A stretch of DNA of 64,000 nucleotides from NCBI GenBank assembly GCA_964016885.1, contig OZ024746.1:99758001-99822000 (forward strand), given 5' to 3'. The notes beneath the pieces are model-generated. The model searched no databases. It was not told where the DNA came from and worked only from the letters and a program-made list of their open reading frames with translations. This DNA comes from Eledone cirrhosa (taxonomy: Eukaryota). A program made the position numbers and the translations under genes. This document shows positions 56,435 through 64,000 of the stretch, piece by piece. Each line of letters starts with the position of its first letter. Positions within the stretch are counted from its first letter, which is position 1.

Positions 56435-56621
56435 GGGCGGTCGATGGCAGTATCGGTAGAGGGTCTGACGCCATGCTTTGCAGCAAAAAGTTACGGCCCT
56501 TGCCATTCTGAGTTCAAATCCCGCCGAGGTTAACTTTGCCTTTCATCCTTACGGGGTCGATAAAATAAAGTACCAGTAATACAATGGAATAATTGCTGGC
56601 CTTGTCCCAAAAGTAGAAACA
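56435..56621 (+). mobile_element. SINE family A with 14-bp TSD
   Basis: TSD ATTATTTGGAACAT at 56421-56434 and 56622-56635. Confidence 0.92.
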
Positions 56622-56635
56622 ATTATTTGGAACAT

Positions 56636-56990
56636 CTCCTGAGAACATAATTGGCATAATTTCGCCTTGATACAAGTTAGTTCTTTTAAGGACACTCCAA
56701 TCTAGTTTGTATGGTATATTTTTTCTTTTAAAATTCATAATAGTTTCCGCTGAAGAGGTAGTGTTAGTTAATTTAGAATTTTTTAAATAATGTGTATGTG
56801 AATATAACCTTTTCTTGAACGAGTTAGATGTAGCTGCTATGTATGATTGCGTAGAGTCCTTAGTATTTGCTTAACATTGATACACTATACTGGCAACTAA
56901 GCAATTGCCATTAAGGGGGCAGTTGGTTTTAATCCTACAGTTACATCTTTTGTTGCATAATTTACTATTATTGTTTATTGTATTTCTGTC
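56636..56990 (-). pseudogene. Decayed PLE GIY-YIG fragment
   Basis: CNCRIKTNCPLNGNCL..IVYQC...YIAATSNSFKKRLYSH. Confidence 0.75.
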
Positions 56991-57009
56991 ATTATTGTTA
57001 CTTACACTA

Positions 57010-57194
57010 GGGCGGTGGATTGGCAGTATCGGTAGAGGGTCGGACGCCATGCTTTCCAGCATAGTTACGTCCCTTTACGATCTGAGTTCAAATCCCGCCG
57101 AGGTTGACTTTGCCTTTCATCCTTACGGGGTCGATAAAATAAAGTACCAGTAATGCACTGGGTAATTGCTGGCCTTGTGCCTAAAGTAGAAACA
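57010..57194 (+). mobile_element. SINE family A with 19-bp TSD
   Basis: TSD ATTATTGTTACTTACACTA at 56991-57009 and 57195-57213. Confidence 0.92.
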
Positions 57195-57650
57195 ATTATT
57201 GTTACTTACACTAATGGGATCGTCGGTTATATTGGTCTCACTTCGTTGGTAGTGCGATTACCTGAGGATGGTAATATGGATATAGAATTATTAGGTATTA
57301 GGTTTGTTTGTGTTAAATTAGTTTGTGCTGAGCCGGTTGCAGGTGCATTTGCTAAGATGTGACTAGTTGGGGAGAATAATCGATCTTGATGATTGCTGGA
57401 AAATCATTAACTTGACCCAGGGTAGTGGGTACTATGCAGGTTGTGGGTGTGTAGTTAGTATTATTGGATGTATTTTGGTTTACATTGTGAGCAATTTTAG
57501 GTTTAAGACCTGTATATTTGCGGTGGGTGATTTATAGAGATTCATTTATAGATGCATTTATAGAGATTCATAGCACTTATTTACTGCTGTTTCAGGACCT
57601 TAGACAATATTAATATATGTCTAGATCGTTCATCAGACAGAGATGTTATG

Positions 57651-57960
57651 AAAAGACAACCTTAACGGTTGGAGCTTCCTGGATAATCCAGGAAGCTCCA
57701 ACCGTTATGGTTGTCTTTTTTTCCAGGTATGTCAATATTTATTTATAAAACAAATCTGTATTTTATCTGATGAAAGCGCACCATAATTTGCCTTGGTTGC
57801 CCTTGAAATATATATAATAAAATAAATATTGTTTTATAAATATAGTTTCCATTTATTAATATATTGTCTATTTACTCCACCAACTGTTGAGTGCTTTATA
57901 TCAGTTATAACAATTTTTAAGCTTGTTGAATCCCAACAAATTAAATATAACCTCTGCATA
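57651..57960 (+). mobile_element. H1 module: hairpin, hammerhead (57760-57823), TA tract
   Basis: aaagacaaccttaacggttggagcttcctggat-a-atccaggaagctccaaccgttatggttgtcttt; ATTTTAT CTGATGA..GAAATATATATA^ATAAAAT. Confidence 0.7.
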
Positions 57961-58019
57961 TATATATATATTTATATGTATATATAAATTAACTTTCATA
58001 ACGTTGATAGGTTTTAGCC

Positions 58020-58530
58020 AGTATTGGCCCAGGCCATGTCTAACTTAATAGGACCACCTGGCAAAGTCTTGCAAATCAGGATTTGGACACTGTGGCCCAT
58101 TCAAGTAGAGAGTTATTGTTTACGGAGCCATATCCGGGTGTAGGAGGTTTATCCGGAATTTCTTGAAGGAATTTGTTCAAAGACTTCTTGAACTTTATGG
58201 GGTCTGTTTCTGTTTCAATGTGTTTTGTTGTAATGTTAAAGAGAGCGGGGCCAATTGAGATGAGATAATTGTGCCATAATGTTGTTATGAGATGTGTGTG
58301 TGATTTTTGTTGTGGGTGGATAGCACGGGGCCCAAACATTGGGTGTACATTAAAGGTGATGCTAACATCATTTGGGAATTGATGATGGAATATTTTTCAC
58401 ATCATGCAGATCATGTAGCGCCCATGGCGACATTGGAGAGGATAAAGTTTGAGCTTTTCTAGTCGACCCCAATTGTCAAGGCCTGTGACGACATTTATCT
58501 TTTGTGTAATTAACCTTTGAGCTGCTTCAA
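58020..58530 (-). mobile_element. CR1/L2-group LINE 3' fragment
   Basis: RLEKLKLY.LQ.R..RYMI; GPALFN..K.I..E.D..KFKK.L.KFL.EIPD.P..PGY. Confidence 0.65.
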
Positions 58531-60104
58531 CCAGATTTGCATATCGAATATTATTATTAATATTCGAAAACCTCAGATTACATTTATTGTATTCAGCTAT
58601 GTAGAGCGATATCTTTATGTTAGTTATTTGAATATGGCAAAGCCGGCCATTAATCGCTCGTATGCATGAAATTGACTGGCCTATCTACTGCAAATCTAGC
58701 TGATCAGTGGATCTGCTAATAAGCAGATCTGACTGATTAGCCAGTCTGCTAATATGCAAATCAGGCCAATCAGTCACTATATATTTTAGAAAATAGCATA
58801 TCTTTTCACTACACGCGTAGTTGCTGTGCGGTTGGCTAAAGAGGTAAGGGTTAGGTGTTGCCTTCTTTTTTTGGTAGCGGGTGAGGTTTTGTTTTTTGTT
58901 GGTTGTTGAACAATGTTTGAGTGGTGTTTAGGTTTTCTTGTTTTTATGAAGGGGTTGTTGGAAGCGTATTCTGTTTGAAAGGTTGTTCGATAGTTTAGGA
59001 ACCAAGTTTGGCTTTTCCCCCAGCTTTAAAAGGATTTCAGTTCCTTGTTGCAATCATCTATCCATAATTTAGAAATATTTTCTAGGGGCCTTGAGTCTTT
59101 TTGTTAATTTCTTGGTTGATCTGTTCGTCGATGGATTTTATTTTATCCTCATTTGTCTGAGCTCTCAATTTTAGAAGTTCAATTTCTCTCTTCATTTGTT
59201 TCAGTGCCATTCTTTCCCTTAGTCCTCTTTGTGTCTCGGGTTCATCTGTAATGGGTTTAATCTGTAGTTTGCGGGGAAGGATTAATGGGGATGAATTGAG
59301 CTATTTTTCATAAATCTCCGCTTTGTTGTTGTTTTGGATCATCTCCAAAAGAAGAATGTTCTGTCTCTGAGTGATGTGTTCCATTGTGATATTGTTTGAC
59401 TTTTTATTCTGTATGTTGTTAGTGTATCAGTGCCACGTGCTTCCTCGTTTGTTTGAATTAGGTTTGTGTTATTCGTAAAGTATGTTTTGATCGTTTCACA
59501 TAAGTTGTGGAGTTTTTCGCCGATTTCGTAGGATTTATATTTGGGGTTGGTTTCTTCATTTGTCGAATCTAGTTTGTTAATGAGTACTGACAGATTAGTG
59601 TTTATTTTCTGCAGTTCCTTGAGTATCTCTTCATTTATGTTAATGATAGTTGTGTGTGTTTTGTCGGCATAACAATAACCAAACATACAATAACTAAAAC
59701 TCAGTCACCCAAACGCGAACACACACACACCAAACACTATACACACGCTCAAACGCATGCGCAGAGACGAAGACAAAAAAAAATAAATAAATAGATAAAA
59801 TGAAATGGCGTAGACATACAATACAACAGGAGGAAACATAATAGTACTACTGACGATGTTGCAGATGTGCAACGAAAGAACTATGTATTTATTTATCTAT
59901 ATATAAACTATATATATGTATTTATTTTATTATCAGTCAGTGATAAACATTGATGGCCAAATGAATTAACTATGGAGATATAAAAGATACAGAAGCGAAA
60001 ACCAACCAAACAGTGAGTGTGTTCTGTTATTATTTCTGGCAATATTATTACAACAATATGACCCTTCCCCAAGTAAAACTATATATATATATATATATAT
60101 AAAA

Positions 60105-60345
60105 CTACTTTTGTATTTTATCTGATGGGGGCGTACCAAAATGTTGGTGCCCTTGAAATATATATAATAAAATAATTATGGTTTTATAAAGATAGTTTCC
60201 ATTTATTAATATCATTGATATTATACTCCGAAAGAAAATGTAGAGTGCTTCGAATCTGTTATAAATAAATTTGTTGAATAACTAACAAATTAAATATCTC
60301 TTTGCTTATATATATATATAGAAATTAAATATCTCTTTGCTTATA
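60105..60345 (+). mobile_element. H1 module with hammerhead (CTGATGG variant)
   Basis: Homologous to 57750-57960; TA tracts at the ends. Confidence 0.65.
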
Positions 60346-60605
60346 TTGTACGTGTGTGTTATATAGTTATAGAGGTATGTATATACATTTTAATTTATAT
60401 TTTTAATTATCGTGGGTCTACCTTGCCTATAATGGGTTATAGATTCCATACACTGGTGGTTTTTCCCTGTTTTATTGATAGCGCACTATCTCTCTCTAGT
60501 GTGTTACCTTTTCAACATATTGTATTTTAAAGAGCTCAGGATTTCTTCTCCTTTGAGCACATTATTTACAGGGAATAGCGAGGGTCTATGGCTCCGGTAA
60601 TTTAT

Positions 60606-60646
<41 letters not shown>

Positions 60647-61202
60647 GTATATATTGAGTTAGAAACTCAAAATAGTCTCTTACAATTAAATAGCTCAAAG
60701 AAAGAGGTTTTTCTGAGCCGTGCAATATAATTGAATATAAAGAGAGATAAACATACATATAAACATACGTGTGCTCAAATTGTAAGGTACCAAGTTCGCT
60801 AGGGTGTAAAAAATACTAACTATAACAACAACTTTGTCAGACTCAATTTAAAATAATAAATCAATAAAAAGAAAAACAAACCTCTATTGGGCAACAGCTT
60901 GAACTCCCAGACAGCTTTGGTTGGCTGATTCGCAATTTTAGCGAAGGAAATTACCAATTCTTTGCTCATCAGTGGGTGTAAAATTAGTAATCTCTTCACT
61001 TCTAATTATCTCAGGAGACTGAATACTGTGTGACTATAAAATAACGTACGTGGCACCAGAACCTAGCGTGTCTAATAAACGTACACTACTAAAAATAGCA
61101 GTGAAGTTTACACGACATTTAAATTAATTCGACATAATTTGAAGGAGCCGAATAATATATATAAAGAAAACAATTTTTCGCTGTACATGGTTGAATACAA
61201 TA

Positions 61203-61443
61203 AATGTAATTTGAGTTTTTCGAATATTAATAACATTCGATTCGTTTGCAATTAGTCAAACAAGCCTCATTTATAAAGCCATGTCAGTAGAATGAACTCT
61301 TCATTCTTGCTCTTGTGCTGGCATGTAAACAAAACTGCTTATAAGGGTTCATTCTACTGACAAGGCTTTATAAATGAGGCTTGTTTGCATAATTGCAAAC
61401 GAATCGAATGTTATTATTAATATTCGAAAAACTCAGATTACAT
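61203..61443. mobile_element. Fold-back of the 13.8-kb hammerhead family
   Basis: Arms of ~95 bp; the sequence is homologous to 13895-14031. Confidence 0.75.
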
Positions 61444-61734
61444 ATATATATATATATATAATAAAGTAAGAAGCGCGGGACTGTGTACGGTTTATAATTT
61501 TTTATCCCAGTAGTAAAATAAGTTGGATTACTTTGAATAAATAATGAATGAATATTACATAATTTATCCACTAAATTTCGTGGCTGTTCATTAAATATAT
61601 TTTATTACTTATTTAAAGATTTACTTCTTTAAAATTTTCAAATGTCAACACTTCCGGTTAGTGATCGTTTAAATAAACATTCATATATTCTGTCACTAAT
61701 TTTCTCCTAATGCAGTTTATATATAATGTCTTTT

Positions 61735-62096
61735 TTTTAATGTATCATGAATTACTTTACTGATTGCATAAGACAGTGTAACGTTCAATTTCTATGTATT
61801 ATATATTGTCAATTACGATTTTATTGGATCATATCTACATGCATATATACTTGCGTATAATATCAATATACACACTACACATGCCAGCAGATATCTGTTT
61901 TTAATGTATCATGGATTACGTTACTGATTACATACGACAGTGTAACGCAGTCTTTGTTCAATTTCTATGTATTATATATTGTCAATTACGATTATATTTG
62001 ATGTATCATATCTACATGCATATATACTTGCATATAATATCAATATACACACTACACATGCTAGCAGAAAACCACCCGAGGGTGGTTTTCTGCTAG
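61735..62096 (+). mobile_element. Helitron-like 3' portion with ~165-bp tandem duplication and terminal hairpin
   Basis: Units begin at ~61735 and ~61899; ends CTAGCAGAAAACCACCC-GA-GGGTGGTTTTCTGCTAG|T. Confidence 0.5.
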
Positions 62097-62128
62097 TGAT
62101 ATTAATAAATGGAAACTATATCCCTTTG

Positions 62129-62181
<53 letters not shown>

Positions 62182-62872
62182 GGAAGCAGAAAATTGCTTA
62201 TTGTGATCCAGTTCTTGGTTAAGAAAGCCAGTTTCATGGACGGTTTCAAATATGTTTATATTTATATGTATATATATATACATGTGTGTATATATATATA
62301 TAATATATGTATATATATAATATATGTATATATATTTTCGTAAATGGAATCTATTTTTCCCATACGTAATGTTGAGAGAGAAAGAGAGAGAGCGTATGTG
62401 AAAGACAGATAGATATCACCATAGTAACTAACTACACAACAAGTGATGCTTTCTTGCCAATACTCCCAGCTTGTTGCCAACTGTTGTTGCTGGTTTGCGT
62501 TTTCGTTACTCGTGACACCAATCGTGAACCGAGGCAATTTATGTACGGAAAAATTATTCGTATACCAATTTGTTTGCGATGAGAGGTTCCACTATTTTAC
62601 TTAATTAAAAATACATAGAATAAAGGGAAGTAACTCCTAAAATTGAAATTCTTTTCTGCTTAGATTATTTCCCTTCTAAATGATTACGCAATCAATAAAA
62701 CTTAGTTTTAGTGGAAGGTTCGGCGAAATTTTATTAATAAAAAAAACTTTAAGGCCGAAAAGTCCGAAGTTTTTTTAAATTAACATCAGAAATGATAGAT
62801 AACAGCAAAATAACTGTTTCCTTCACAACATCTCAGTTTCTTTAAAGACGGTATACATATTTATTAGGACTT

Positions 62873-63240
62873 TCTTCTTCTTCTTCTTCTTCGCCCACTT
62901 GAGAGGGTCATTGGGGCAGAGTCCTCAAACACTCCATCCAGCAGGTCCGGTCAGAAGCAACCGTCTCCAACTGATCCGGCTGGATCCCCAAGTGAGACCA
63001 GCCAAGCTCATCGATGTTATCCCACCATCTTGCTTGGGGTCTACTCCTGGGTCTCTTGCCGGTTGGTTTTGCCCGTAAAATCTGTCCAGACATTTTTTCC
63101 TGAGAGATTCTAACCACATGTCCATGTATCGGAGCTGTGATATCTCAGTTCGGAGAAGTAGTGGCTCTTTCTGGAATTACTCTCTGATCTCTGAGTTACA
63201 CACTTTATCGAGTAACGTTATCCCAAAGACCCTTTGGAGG
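62873..63240 (-). mobile_element. RTE/RTEX-like 3' fragment with (GAA)n tail
   Basis: KPTGKRPRSRPQARWWDNI; homologous to 22990-23460. Confidence 0.7.
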
Positions 63241-63254
63241 AATCACGAAGGGGG

Positions 63255-64000
63255 GTAGTTACGGTTCTAGGACAGCATTCCTCAACATATGAGATGTCAC
63301 CTGGTGTACCACAGGGATCTGTTCTAGGCTCCCTTTTGTTTCTTGCATATATTGATGACATAGATGTCAACTTAAAGAATGCCACAGTACTGAAATATTC
63401 AGATGACATCAAGCTGTACCTTGAGATAAAAAGGACTGATTCCGAACACTATAGATCTTTCCTGCAATCAGACCTTGACATAATGCAGCAATGGATCACG
63501 GACTGGCAACTCAAGCTGGCTGTGGACAAGTGTACCACCATGCATTTTGGGAGGAAAAACCCAGCGTTCACATATTCCCACCACAACACTAATCTCAACA
63601 AGTCTTCTTGTGAACGTGATCTGGGCATTATTGTCAACAGCGATTTGCGTTGGACAAAGCATGTCTCTAAAATTGTCAAGAAGGCTGAGGGTGTCTTACC
63701 ATCACTCAGTAAGACCTTTGTCAGCCACTCTCCAGCTATCTATTTAAAGCTGTATATAGCTATGGTACATCCACACTTAGAATTTGCATCACCAGTCTGG
63801 AACCCCTATCTTGCTAAGAACATTGACATCTTGGAAACTGTTCAGAGACGTGCAACGAAGCGAATACCCTCCATCAGGCATCTACCATACTCTGAATGCT
63901 TTGCTTCCGTAGGCATGGATACATTAAAGCTCCGATGTCTGGCAACTGACTTGGTAAACACCCACAAAATTATTAACCATCTTGCCAACAACAACCCTGA
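63255..64000 (+). mobile_element. 5'-truncated, decayed copy of the CR1-group LINE (runs off the window)
   Basis: Collinear with the reverse complement of ~31320-30580 (GVPQGSVLG, YSDD); contains stops. Confidence 0.9.

Overview
AT-rich eukaryotic DNA made almost entirely of microsatellites and transposable elements. The repeat landscape suggests a cephalopod (octopus-like) genome; this is inference only. No host protein-coding gene is supportable, and most listed ORFs are (TA)n/(CA)n artefacts. Large elements: a decayed full-length Tx1/L1-group LINE (5.65-11.17 kb, -), a nearly intact CR1-group LINE with a PHD-finger ORF1 (30.1-35.4 kb, -), a Penelope-like element (PLE) with ~770-bp inverted pLTR arms (39.4-42.15 kb) and a decayed RTE (43.4-46.3 kb, -). 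There are also fragments of mariner, CRE, R4-like and other PLE elements, hAT and pogo-like MITEs, non-autonomous Helitrons and two tRNA-derived SINE families. The most striking unannotated signals are: (1) about 18 type-I hammerhead ribozyme cores, some non-canonical, in short PLE-type modules that sit at (TA)n tracts and often fold back; (2) many near-perfect snap-back hairpins at element junctions; (3) a G_GGA_AAC -1 frameshift signal at the CR1 ORF1/ORF2 junction; (4) a 15x amplified Pol III A-box in a SINE; (5) a palindromic Helitron head-to-tail junction. All calls were made by eye, no database searches were run, and element boundaries are approximate.
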